From the NCBI GenBank assembly GCA_040509115.1, contig JBEVLO010000095.1: a DNA stretch of 64,000 nt. One strand, written 5' to 3'. The notes under the pieces were generated by a model, which was not told the origin of the DNA, made no database searches, and saw nothing but the letters and a program-made list of their open reading frames with translations. The translations under genes were made by a program, and so were the position numbers. Positions 40,457 to 49,562 of this stretch are shown piece by piece. The number at the start of each line of letters is the position of its first letter. Within the stretch, counting starts at the first letter, position 1. The stretch is from Mycobacterium sp. (GTDB lineage: Bacteria; Actinomycetota; Actinomycetes; Mycobacteriales; Mycobacteriaceae).

Positions 40457-41427
40457 TGATCGACCAAGACGCGACATCGACGACGCCGACGGCATCAACA
40501 CCGCCGCACCTCGCCGACGCCCTGCCCAGAGGTTTCAGCGATCTGATCGCCGGTGCAATCGATCTGCACGTTCACGGGCAGCCCGACCTCTCACGGGCTG
40601 TCGTCAACCGCGGCACTGACGCCGCGGTCGCGGCTCTCGCCCGGCAGTACGAAATCAACGGCTGGGTGCTCAAGTCTCACCTCTGGCCAACCATGGATCG
40701 AGCCGCCGCGCTTCAAGATCAGTTCGACCCGGAAGAATTCCGCGTCTTCGGCAGCATCACGCTCAACCCGCAGAATGGCGGCGTCTCACCGGCGGTCGTC
40801 GAACTCGCAGCGGCACATGGTGCCAAAGTGATCTTCTTCCCGACCTGGGGATCGGCTGCAGACGTCGAGCGTGGTGGGTACATCTCGACCCTGCTCGCTC
40901 GCGGATCCGCTCACTTCGACGACTACGCCAGATCCAATGCGATCAGTGTCACCGACTCGAACGGACGCTTGACGTCTGCGGCCGCCGACATCGTTCACGT
41001 CGCCGCCGCCCTCGGGCTCGTGATCGGCACCGGGCACCTGACCTTCGCCGAATCGAAGGCACTCGCCGAGGAGTGCAAGGAGAAGGACGTCCCCGTGTTC
41101 ATCAACCATCCGCTGCACTACGCCGCCGACCCGGCAGAGCTGAAACAGTTCACCGAGTGTGGCGCCTACGTGGAGTTCGCCGCGGCACCGCTGCTGCATC
41201 CCGACAGCCACCACACGATCAAGCAGGTTTTCGCGGCTATCGAAGAAGTAGGTGCGGAGCACACCGTGCTGTCGACCGATGTGTTCTCGCGCTGGGTCCC
41301 GCCGGAACCCGAGATGCTCCGAATCTTCGCCGAGCAGCTCAAATATCTCGGCGCGAGCGCCGAGGAGCTCCGTCAGATGCTCGTGCGCAATCCGCGCCGA
41401 GTCTTGGGAATCGAGGTCGCACGATGA
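40456..41427 (+). CDS. DUF6282-like amidohydrolase/TIM-barrel metalloprotein 1
   Basis: 'IDLHVH', 'LKSH', 'GTGHL', 'NHP', 'LSTD' amidohydrolase ligand pattern. Confidence 0.7.
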   Translation: MIDQDATSTTPTASTPPHLADALPRGFSDLIAGAIDLHVHGQPDLSRAVVNRGTDAAVAALARQYEINGWVLKSHLWPTMDRAAALQDQFDPEEFRVFGSITLNPQNGGVSPAVVELAAAHGAKVIFFPTWGSAADVERGGYISTLLARGSAHFDDYARSNAISVTDSNGRLTSAAADIVHVAAALGLVIGTGHLTFAESKALAEECKEKDVPVFINHPLHYAADPAELKQFTECGAYVEFAAAPLLHPDSHHTIKQVFAAIEEVGAEHTVLSTDVFSRWVPPEPEMLRIFAEQLKYLGASAEELRQMLVRNPRRVLGIEVAR

Positions 41428-41996
41428 ACCGTCGCCTTGAGCCGCGGCCACCGGAAACCCTCACGGTTGAGCAGCTCGAGTTCTACAACCTCTTCGCGAC
41501 AGGGCCCCGGGCAGCGCCCGACGTGGCCTTCTCCCTACTGGACGCCGACGGGGCGCTCACCGGTCCGCCATCGGCCTGGCTGCTCGCGCCGCCGGTTGCG
41601 AATGCGCTCGAAAGGCTCGGGGCAGCGATCCGCTTCGGCCTCACGCTCACTGCACGCGAATGCGAAGCCGCAATCCTCACTGTCGCGTATAGCGAGGCTC
41701 AGCCCTTCGAGTTGCACGCCCACCTTCCCGCAGCGCGCAAAGCTGGCTGGACAGCCGACGACCTCGAAGACATCCGCGAGGGCCGCGACCCCGAGGGGGC
41801 CAGCGCGGGGGAGAGAGCGGCGCTCGCCGTAGCCCGCCGGCTCGTCGACGCGAGAACCCTCGATGACACCGAGTACGCGATCGCCCGCGACGAGCTGGGT
41901 GAGCGCCGCCTCTTCGAGCTCGTCACCCTTGTCGGCTACTACCGAATGATGGCTCTGCAGCTCAACGTCTTCGCCATCGATCCTCCCTCCGAATAG
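41424..41996 (+). CDS. Carboxymuconolactone decarboxylase (CMD/AhpD-like) family protein
   Basis: ATGA-coupled; 'LTARECEAAIL...FELHAH', 'ELVTLVGYY'; no CXXC. Confidence 0.75.
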   Translation: MNRRLEPRPPETLTVEQLEFYNLFATGPRAAPDVAFSLLDADGALTGPPSAWLLAPPVANALERLGAAIRFGLTLTARECEAAILTVAYSEAQPFELHAHLPAARKAGWTADDLEDIREGRDPEGASAGERAALAVARRLVDARTLDDTEYAIARDELGERRLFELVTLVGYYRMMALQLNVFAIDPPSE

Positions 41997-42158
41997 CGGG
42001 GAAATACCTGAAATCGACTCGTCCAGTAGTGGTCCGACGAGAGCCCGCACATAGTTTGTGAGTGTGCTCACGGCGAGCTGCGGTCCTGTCCAGGCCCGGC
42101 AGATTGCCGCAGAATCGCTCGCCGATCCACTGTCGGATCCCCCCGAGGAAGAGACCAA

Positions 42159-43559
42159 ATGTCGCAGCCAACTTCTGCAGCGGTGTCGACGACCGACCCC
42201 GTCGTCCGTCGTCGCAGAGCCATCAGGGGAGCCTTCTGGGGCTTCCTGGTGGACTCGTTCGATATCTATCTGCCATCCGTGGCGCTGCTGCCGGCGATGA
42301 TCTACTTCACCAAGGGGCTGTCGACCGAAACGACCGCACTGGTGACCGGGCTCACCTTTGCGTCCACGCTCATCGGACGACCAGTCGGCGCCATCCTGTT
42401 CGGCCTATTCGCCGACAAGCTGGGCCGCAAGCGCGTGGGAGCCATCGCGATCTACGGATTCTCGATCGTCACACTGATCATCGGGCTCCTTCCCGGCGCG
42501 GAGCAGATCGGTGGCGGGCTCGCTATCGGCATCCTGCTCGCCCTTCGCTTCATCGACGGGATCTTCCTGGGCGGCGAGTACACGGCAGCCACTCCGATGG
42601 CGATCGAATACGCCAAGACCAACCGTCGCGGCCTCGTCGGCGGCTTCGTGCAGAGCGCGTCGACCATCGGCTACTTTGCCATCTCCTTGGTGACGTTCGT
42701 CTCGCTCACCATCTCGCCTGCAGGCGAAATCGACTCCCCATACGTCCAATGGGGTTGGCGCATACCGTTTTTCGTCGGCGCGATCTTCGCATTCGTGGTG
42801 GCCCGCTTCCTGCGCAACAACGTTGAGGAGAGCGTCATCTGGGAGAACGCCAAGAAGTCGGAGAACCCTCTTCGCGAGATGCTCAGCGGCGAGAACCGCA
42901 CGGCGTTCATCCAGGTGTTCCTGCTGATGACGGGTGTCTTCTTCATGGTCAACATGGTCGGGTCGGTGCTTCCGCAGCTGGTGCTCGCGCAAGACGGTTT
43001 CACCGGAACGACACTCACGGTCAGCCTCATCGTCGGAAACATCTTCATCCCGGCGGCGTACTGGGGTTCCGGACTGCTGAGCGACAAGGTCGGCAGACGT
43101 CCCGTGCTGATCGGCTGCGGAGCCCTGGTGGTTCTTGTCATGACGACGCTGTTCGCCGTGCTCGGCACGAATACCAACCTCGGACTGCCGTACGTGATCA
43201 CGATCGTGTTCTTCCTCAACGCGGTGAACGCCGCGACCATCGGAACCCTGCCCTCCTACATCAACGAACGCTTCCCGACCTCGGTTCGCTCGTCGGGCTG
43301 GGGCATCGGCTACAGCCTGGCCGTGATCATCCCCGGCTTCTTCGCCTTCTACCAGCTCGGTTTGGCGCAGCTCATCCCAAGCGGTCTGACGGCTGCGGTG
43401 CTGGTCGCGGTCGGCGGGCTGCTGATCATCATCACGGTGGCGCTCTCGCCAGAGACCCGCGGAACGGATCTGAACACCGCATCGATGGCAACACTGCACT
43501 CGAAGGGTGCCGCGGGAATCGCGGCCCGAGCGGCCGCGGCAAGCAAGTCGAACTCGTGA
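42159..43559 (+). CDS. MFS transporter (MHS metabolite:H+ symporter-like)
   Basis: 'GRPVGAILFG.FADKLGRK', 'GGEY', 'ERFPTSVRSSG'. Confidence 0.9.
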   Translation: MSQPTSAAVSTTDPVVRRRRAIRGAFWGFLVDSFDIYLPSVALLPAMIYFTKGLSTETTALVTGLTFASTLIGRPVGAILFGLFADKLGRKRVGAIAIYGFSIVTLIIGLLPGAEQIGGGLAIGILLALRFIDGIFLGGEYTAATPMAIEYAKTNRRGLVGGFVQSASTIGYFAISLVTFVSLTISPAGEIDSPYVQWGWRIPFFVGAIFAFVVARFLRNNVEESVIWENAKKSENPLREMLSGENRTAFIQVFLLMTGVFFMVNMVGSVLPQLVLAQDGFTGTTLTVSLIVGNIFIPAAYWGSGLLSDKVGRRPVLIGCGALVVLVMTTLFAVLGTNTNLGLPYVITIVFFLNAVNAATIGTLPSYINERFPTSVRSSGWGIGYSLAVIIPGFFAFYQLGLAQLIPSGLTAAVLVAVGGLLIIITVALSPETRGTDLNTASMATLHSKGAAGIAARAAAASKSNS

Positions 43560-44545
43560 TTCCGAGCTACCGAGAACTGGTCGCCCGCTCCGACGCTCCC
43601 TCAGGTTCGTCCTGGGGAGTGTTCGGTGAGAGCGATCAGCTCGGCACGCTGAACTTCATCACGTCGGAGGTTTCCGCGCGGGCGGCTGGTTTGGTACGCG
43701 AAGGCCGCATCATCAACCTCGACTACCCGATCAACACCTTCGTTCCGAGCATTGCCGGCACTCGTCCGCCGACCGAGCACTACGTGTTCTCCAATAACCC
43801 GAACCATCGGGACGACTGGCTGGACAAGTTCTATCTGCAGTCCACCTCCCAGATCGACGGACTCCGCCATATGCGGCATCCTGTGGCCGGCTTCTACGGA
43901 GGCGTTGCGGATGACGCCGTAGCGGTCGGATCCCCTGATCTCGGAATCGGACTCGTCGCCGAGAACGGAGTCTTCGGCCGCGGCGTGCTGATCGACCTCC
44001 CCCGGTACTACGCCAGCATCGGTACCACGTTCGACAACAGCACGAACCACATGGTGACGCCTGAGGATCTGGTCGCGGCGGCTCGGCACCAGGACGTGGC
44101 ATTCCACTCCGGTGACATCCTGCTCGTCAACACGGGGTGGGCAGCCGATTATCTCGCGCTCACCGATGACGGCCGCGCCCACCGCCGAGCCAACTGGGGA
44201 TCCCCGGGGCTGATGCAGTCGGATGCGATGCTCGAGTTTCTTTGGGACAGCCAGTTCTCGATGGTGATCTCCGACAATGCCGGTCTCGAAGCCTTCCCGG
44301 TCAATCCGGACTCCGGATTCATCGACCCCGATGAGCCGCTTCCCTGCCGTGGGCCGAGCCACAACGGCATGATGCACCGCCAGCTGATCGCTCTGCTCGG
44401 CCTCTTCATCGGCGAGCTCTGGAAGCTCGACGAGCTCGTCGAAGCCTGTGCCGCAGACGGCCGCTACGAATTCCTGCTCACTGCCAAACCCCTGAACGTC
44501 ATCGGTGGGGTCGGCTCCCCGCCGAACGCGATGGCAATCAAATGA
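43556..44545 (+). CDS. Cyclase-family (kynurenine formamidase-like) hydrolase
   Basis: 'WGVFGESDQLGTLN', 'QSTSQIDGLRH', 'GRGVLID', 'GELW.LDEL', 'GGVGSPPNA'. Confidence 0.85.
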   Translation: MIPSYRELVARSDAPSGSSWGVFGESDQLGTLNFITSEVSARAAGLVREGRIINLDYPINTFVPSIAGTRPPTEHYVFSNNPNHRDDWLDKFYLQSTSQIDGLRHMRHPVAGFYGGVADDAVAVGSPDLGIGLVAENGVFGRGVLIDLPRYYASIGTTFDNSTNHMVTPEDLVAAARHQDVAFHSGDILLVNTGWAADYLALTDDGRAHRRANWGSPGLMQSDAMLEFLWDSQFSMVISDNAGLEAFPVNPDSGFIDPDEPLPCRGPSHNGMMHRQLIALLGLFIGELWKLDELVEACAADGRYEFLLTAKPLNVIGGVGSPPNAMAIK

Positions 44546-44591
44546 CGGCGACGCGCATGCCCCCCCAAAGCCATTCGAGAGGAACCACCAG

Positions 44592-45476
44592 ATGAGTGCC
44601 GTAGACGACTTGCTCGTTGGGGCGATCGACCTCCACACCCATTCCGGCCCTTCGCCGATGCCGCGGCGCATCACACACGCCGAAGCTGCGAAGCAGGCGG
44701 CAGAGGCCGGCTTCCGCGCCATCGTCGTGAAGTGTCACTATCACGACACCGTCAACGACGTCCTGGCGATCGCGCCGCTGCTGGAAGACGTCAAGACCCA
44801 GGTCTTCGGCGGAGTCGCACTCAACAGTCCGGTGGGCGGACTCAACCCGCACGCTGCCGACCTGTCACTGAAGATGGGCGGCAAGATCGTCTGGTTCCCG
44901 ACGATCTCGTCCACCATCCATCTGGACCACTCGTCGCACCACCCCGAAACCCAATGCCACTTCCAGCCTCTGGGCATCAGGCAGGCCGAGGAGGTGTCGG
45001 TATTCGGAGACGACGGCGAGCTCCGGCCCGAGGTCGAGGAGATCGTCGGCCTTGCCAAGCAGGCGGGCGCGCTCATCTCCACCGGGCACTTGGACACGAA
45101 GTCCGCCGCAGCCGTCGTGGGTGCCGCGCAGAGGATCGGGCATCGCCAGATCGTCGTCAGTCATCCGAACTACGTGTCCGACATCGATCGCCAGCATGCG
45201 CAGGCAATGGTTGCCGCAGGGGCAGTCATCGAGCACGAGATCGCCATGTACGACAACGACAAGATCTTCCCGGTGCAGACCTTGATCGACTGGATTTCGG
45301 CGATCGGCGCCGAGAACACGATCATCGGATCCGACCTCGGCCAGGTCGGGAATCAGCTCCCGATCGACGGGTACCGAAGCTTGCTCGGGCGCCTCCTCGA
45401 CCTCGGCGTCACCGAGCGCGAGATCTCACTGATGATCCGCGAGAATCCAGCCCGCCTCATCGGGCTCGACTCGTGA
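44592..45476 (+). CDS. DUF6282-like amidohydrolase/TIM-barrel metalloprotein 2
   Basis: 'AIDLHTHSGPS..PR', 'KCH', 'STGHL', 'SHP', 'GSDLGQ'; start ATG 44592. Confidence 0.75.
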   Translation: MSAVDDLLVGAIDLHTHSGPSPMPRRITHAEAAKQAAEAGFRAIVVKCHYHDTVNDVLAIAPLLEDVKTQVFGGVALNSPVGGLNPHAADLSLKMGGKIVWFPTISSTIHLDHSSHHPETQCHFQPLGIRQAEEVSVFGDDGELRPEVEEIVGLAKQAGALISTGHLDTKSAAAVVGAAQRIGHRQIVVSHPNYVSDIDRQHAQAMVAAGAVIEHEIAMYDNDKIFPVQTLIDWISAIGAENTIIGSDLGQVGNQLPIDGYRSLLGRLLDLGVTEREISLMIRENPARLIGLDS

Positions 45477-46258
45477 GGGGTTTCGCGCGCGCACTCCGGG
45501 AGGCTGACCGCACTCTGATCGGAACGTGGGTGAAGATTCCGTCGCTCGAGACGGTCGAGATCCTGGCGCTGTCCGGATTCGATTACGTGGTCATCGACCA
45601 GGAGCATGCGCCGCTGTCGTTCGACTTCGTCTACTCGGCAACCGTGGTCGCGCAGGGGGCCGGAATGAACGTGCTGGTGCGCGTGCCCGACCGCAGCGGC
45701 AGCCACCTCCAGCGGCTTCTCGATGCGGGGGTCGACGGAATCCTTGTTCCTCGGGTCACGACTGCCGCCGAGGCCGCTCAATCGGTAGCGCAGATGACCT
45801 TCTCTCCGGCCGGTGAGCGCGGGATGGGCATCACGGCTCGGGCAGGGCAGTGGGGTGGCCTCTCGCGGGATGCCTACCTTGCCTCCGGGGATGACGTGTT
45901 GCGTGCTGTTCAGCTCGAGGATCGCGGGTCGCTCGAGGCGATCGCCGAGATCGTCGCGGTGCCGCATCTCAACGGGCTTTTCCTCGGCATGGGCGATCTG
46001 CAGCAGTCGAGCGGACTGGACGAGAAGGACCCGCAGATCCAGCGACTCGTCGCCAGCTTCCTCGAGCAGGCGCAGGCACACCGGATCCCGACGGGAACGG
46101 CGGTGCAGACCGCAGAACAGGCTGCCGCAGCTGCTGCCCGTGGGTTCTCGTTCGTCATGGTCAGCAATGACACCGGGCTGCTGCGCGCCGCGGCAGCCGG
46201 GCTCGTGGCCGAGACGCGCAGCCAGGTCGCCGAGCGCACCCAGCCGCAGCCCGCGTAG
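45473..46258 (+). CDS. HpcH/HpaI class II aldolase family protein
   Basis: GTGA-coupled; 'FDYVVIDQEH', 'LLDAGVDGILVP', 'QLED', 'FLGMGDL'. Confidence 0.9.
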   Translation: MRGFARALREADRTLIGTWVKIPSLETVEILALSGFDYVVIDQEHAPLSFDFVYSATVVAQGAGMNVLVRVPDRSGSHLQRLLDAGVDGILVPRVTTAAEAAQSVAQMTFSPAGERGMGITARAGQWGGLSRDAYLASGDDVLRAVQLEDRGSLEAIAEIVAVPHLNGLFLGMGDLQQSSGLDEKDPQIQRLVASFLEQAQAHRIPTGTAVQTAEQAAAAAARGFSFVMVSNDTGLLRAAAAGLVAETRSQVAERTQPQPA

Positions 46259-46306
46259 TCCGGCTCTCCTCGCGAACCTCCCTCAACGAACCGAAAGGAT
46301 TCTCCC

Positions 46307-47248
46307 GTGCCCTACGAAAAGGACGATGTCCGAGCCAAATTGGCGAGCTCCGGGCCCACCGGGCCAACTGCCACCGCGTTCTCCGGGATGGAGTATGCCA
46401 AGTTCTACGAGACCGAGCCGCAGGAGACCGGCGACGGCTTCTCCACCTGGTACGCGCGTGGCCAGAACTTCGTGCTCAGCTACACCGATCTCGCGGGTGA
46501 GGTGAGTTTCGAGCGAATCGCGGAGCCAGAAGAGCATGTCGTCCTGCTACCCGACACCGCCACCCGCGCAGTCGTGACTGCCGGGGAAGAGACGGTTGAC
46601 GCCTCGGGCAAGCGCCTGATGATCGTTCCGCCCGGTGACAGCACAGTGACGGTCACCGGCACCGGTCGCGTGGTTCGCCTGGTGCGTTCGACCGCTGCGG
46701 ATCTGGTGGCGCTCGCCGCCAACTCAGACTCATACGAGACCGCTCACGAGAACATCCCCGCGTTCGAACGCTGGCCGAATCCGCCGGAGGGCTTCAAGAT
46801 CCGGTCGTACGACCTGAACGTCCCGACCCTGGCGGGATCGAACTTTCGGCTCTTCCGCTGCACCACGTTCATGGTCAACTTCATCGAGCCGGCCGACGGT
46901 CCGCGTGACCTGCACAAGCTTTCGCCCCACTTCCACGACGACTTCGAGCAGTGCTCCCTCGTGCTGAATGGCGCATACGTTCATCACGTCCGCTGGCCCT
47001 GGACCACCGATCGCAGCGTCTGGCGTGACGACCAGCACGAGTTCTGCGGCGCCCCATCCGTCGCGGTCATCCCGCCCCCCAGCGTGCACACGAGCGAGGC
47101 AGTCGGCACCGAGATCAACCATCTGGTCGATATCTTCAGCCCGCCCCGACTCGATTTTTCGAACATGGATGGCTGGGTGCTGAACGCTGCCGACTACCCG
47201 ATGCCCGTGCCGGTCGCCGAACCCGTCGCTGGGGCAGCTGCTGTATGA
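46307..47248 (+). CDS. Uncharacterised two-domain cupin-like protein
   Basis: 'SPHFHDDFEQ' and 'IPPPSVH' cupin-like metal motifs; GAAAGGA RBS. Confidence 0.55.
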   Translation: MPYEKDDVRAKLASSGPTGPTATAFSGMEYAKFYETEPQETGDGFSTWYARGQNFVLSYTDLAGEVSFERIAEPEEHVVLLPDTATRAVVTAGEETVDASGKRLMIVPPGDSTVTVTGTGRVVRLVRSTAADLVALAANSDSYETAHENIPAFERWPNPPEGFKIRSYDLNVPTLAGSNFRLFRCTTFMVNFIEPADGPRDLHKLSPHFHDDFEQCSLVLNGAYVHHVRWPWTTDRSVWRDDQHEFCGAPSVAVIPPPSVHTSEAVGTEINHLVDIFSPPRLDFSNMDGWVLNAADYPMPVPVAEPVAGAAAV

Positions 47249-48711
47249 GCGGCCGTTCCAAGAGACCGTTCCGGGTTGCGATCATCGGATCCGGATTCGG
47301 CGGCATCGCCACCGCCGTGAAGCTGAAGAAGGGCACGTCCGCTTCGTTCGTGATCTTCGAGCAAGCCGCCGGGGTGGGGGGCACATGGTTCGAGAACCGT
47401 TATCCGGGTTGCGAAGTCGACATTCCGTCGCACGCCTACTCGTTCTCGTTCCTCAAATACGACTGGGCGCGCACGCACGCGACTCAGCCCGAGCTGTTGA
47501 AGTACGCCGAACACGTAGTGGACACGTTCGAGCTGCGTCCGCACGTGCGACTGAACACCCGGGTCACGAAGGCCGAATGGGACGACGGCCGCCAGGTCTA
47601 TGACGTCTATACGGATCTCGGTGAGAAGCACGAGTTCGACGCCGTCGTCTCGGCGGTCGGTCTGCTGAGCGTGCCGCGCTTCCCCGACTGGCCAGGACTC
47701 GACGAGTTCTCGGGTGTCTCGTTCCACACGTCGCGCTGGGAGCCTGACCACGATCTGACGGGCAAGACCGTGGCGATCGTCGGCACGGGATCCACTGCGG
47801 CCCAGGTCGTTCCGGCCCTCGCCCCGAATGTCGGCAAGCTGCTCGTGTATCAGCGTGAGCCTGGCTGGGTGGAGCCGAAGACCGAGCGCGCGTTCACCCC
47901 GCGTGAGCGTGCGTTCTACAAGCACGTCCCGTTTGCGCAGCGGATCCACCGCCTGTACCTGTTTGCGCAGGGCATCCGGCGGTTCAAAGCGAACGACGCC
48001 ACCAGCAAGAAGCAGAAGCAGATGCGCGCGATGTGCGAGGCGTACATCAAGTCGGCGATCAAGGATCCGGCGATCCAAGAGGCCGTGACGCCCGACTATC
48101 CGTGGGGCTGCAAGCGGCCGGTGATCGCGTCGACGTATTACCCGACGTTCAACCGGTCGAACGTGGAGCTGGTTCCGCACGCTGTTGTTCGCGCGACACC
48201 GGGCGGGTTGGTGGATGCGACCGGGACCGAGCGCGACATCGACGTGCTAGTGATGAGCACGGGATTCCAGCCTACGAGATTCTTGGCGAACATCGAGATC
48301 GTCGGCCGCAAAGGCACGCGGCTGCACGATGTTTGGGCGCATCGCGCATCCGCGTTCCTGGGTGTGACAGTGCCGAATTTCCCGAACTTCTTCGTGCTGT
48401 ACGGGCCGAACACCAACGGTGGGATGTCGATCATCGCCCAGCTGGAGCGACAGGCCGAGATCGCGGTCAGCTCGATTGCGCGGCTGCAGAAGGACGGCCT
48501 GCGCGCGGTGGACACCGACGCTTCGGCCGCTCGCGGCTACGTGCGATGGATCGACAAGCAGCTCGCGACGCACGCGTCAGCGATGAACTCGGGGTGCAAC
48601 AACTACTTCCACACGGCCAGTGGCGACAACGTGACGCAGTGGCCGCGCACCCACTTCGTCTACTTCGTGCTGACGCGCATCCTGCGGCGTCGCGGCCTGC
48701 GCTTCTCCTGA
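47245..48711 (+). CDS. Flavin monooxygenase, type I Baeyer-Villiger type
   Basis: 'GSGFGG', 'GGTWFENRYPGC', fingerprint FxGxxxHxxxW ('FSGVSFHTSRW'), 'GTGSTA', 'STGF'. Confidence 0.9.
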   Translation: MSGRSKRPFRVAIIGSGFGGIATAVKLKKGTSASFVIFEQAAGVGGTWFENRYPGCEVDIPSHAYSFSFLKYDWARTHATQPELLKYAEHVVDTFELRPHVRLNTRVTKAEWDDGRQVYDVYTDLGEKHEFDAVVSAVGLLSVPRFPDWPGLDEFSGVSFHTSRWEPDHDLTGKTVAIVGTGSTAAQVVPALAPNVGKLLVYQREPGWVEPKTERAFTPRERAFYKHVPFAQRIHRLYLFAQGIRRFKANDATSKKQKQMRAMCEAYIKSAIKDPAIQEAVTPDYPWGCKRPVIASTYYPTFNRSNVELVPHAVVRATPGGLVDATGTERDIDVLVMSTGFQPTRFLANIEIVGRKGTRLHDVWAHRASAFLGVTVPNFPNFFVLYGPNTNGGMSIIAQLERQAEIAVSSIARLQKDGLRAVDTDASAARGYVRWIDKQLATHASAMNSGCNNYFHTASGDNVTQWPRTHFVYFVLTRILRRRGLRFS

Positions 48712-48764
48712 GGTCGCCGGCAGTCACGCTGGTGGAGTCGCTGCCCGACCCTCGATCGGCGTGC

Positions 48765-49562
48765 TTACGCCAACCGCACCGCAACCTCCCCAGCCGCACC
48801 CTCCGCCGCCGGAAACCTCAGCCGAGTCCGGCCATCATGCCCCGGAATCACAACCGCTCCCGTCTTGGCCGCGAGCGCGCGGATCAACGCGAATCCCGCC
48901 TTCATCTCCTCGAGATCGGTAAAGGCGAAGAACGGCCAGTCCAGCTCGAACTGCTCGTAGAAGTGCGCGGCATCGGACGCGAGCAGAAAGGGTCCCGCCG
49001 CCGAGTCCACCACGGTCAACAGCTCGCCCGGGGAGTGCCCGCTCACGGGATGGACGGTCACGCCCCGGTGCACCTCGGTCGGTTCCTGCACCAGAACCAG
49101 CCGTCCTTCTGCCTCGGCCACCTTGATCGCGGCAAGGTGATGTTCAGACGCCAGGCTGCCCTCGAGTTGTCCCGCATCCCATAGTCCGAACCAGTATTCG
49201 CGCTCGGCGCTCCCCGCGACGATGGTCGCATCGGGGAACAGTCCGACATAGCCGATGTGGTCGTAGTGGAAATGCGAGGTGATGACCATGCTGACGTCGG
49301 CTGGGTCGATGCCAAGCAGCTTCAGGCCTTCCGGTGGCGACATCACGTGGACTTCGTCGTGCGTGTTGCGCTCGTGCAGCGGGTAGCCAGTGTCGAAGAG
49401 GATCACGTCGCTGCCGGAGCGGATCACCCAAAAGCTGTAATCCATCTCGAGGTCGTCGTCCGGTAACCCGTACTGCGCGTAGTCATGGAACGCGTAGCTC
49501 TTCTTCAGTACCCGCTTCGCGTAGCGCACCTGCCAGAGGTGAATGGCAGGATGCTCAGCCAC
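48765..49562 (-). CDS. N-acyl homoserine lactonase-like metallo-beta-lactamase-fold hydrolase
   Basis: HXHXDH 'SHFHYDH', 'FDTG', 'GHSPG', 'ASDAAH', 'PGHD'; start GTG 49562. Confidence 0.85.
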   Translation of the reverse strand: MAEHPAIHLWQVRYAKRVLKKSYAFHDYAQYGLPDDDLEMDYSFWVIRSGSDVILFDTGYPLHERNTHDEVHVMSPPEGLKLLGIDPADVSMVITSHFHYDHIGYVGLFPDATIVAGSAEREYWFGLWDAGQLEGSLASEHHLAAIKVAEAEGRLVLVQEPTEVHRGVTVHPVSGHSPGELLTVVDSAAGPFLLASDAAHFYEQFELDWPFFAFTDLEEMKAGFALIRALAAKTGAVVIPGHDGRTRLRFPAAEGAAGEVAVRLA

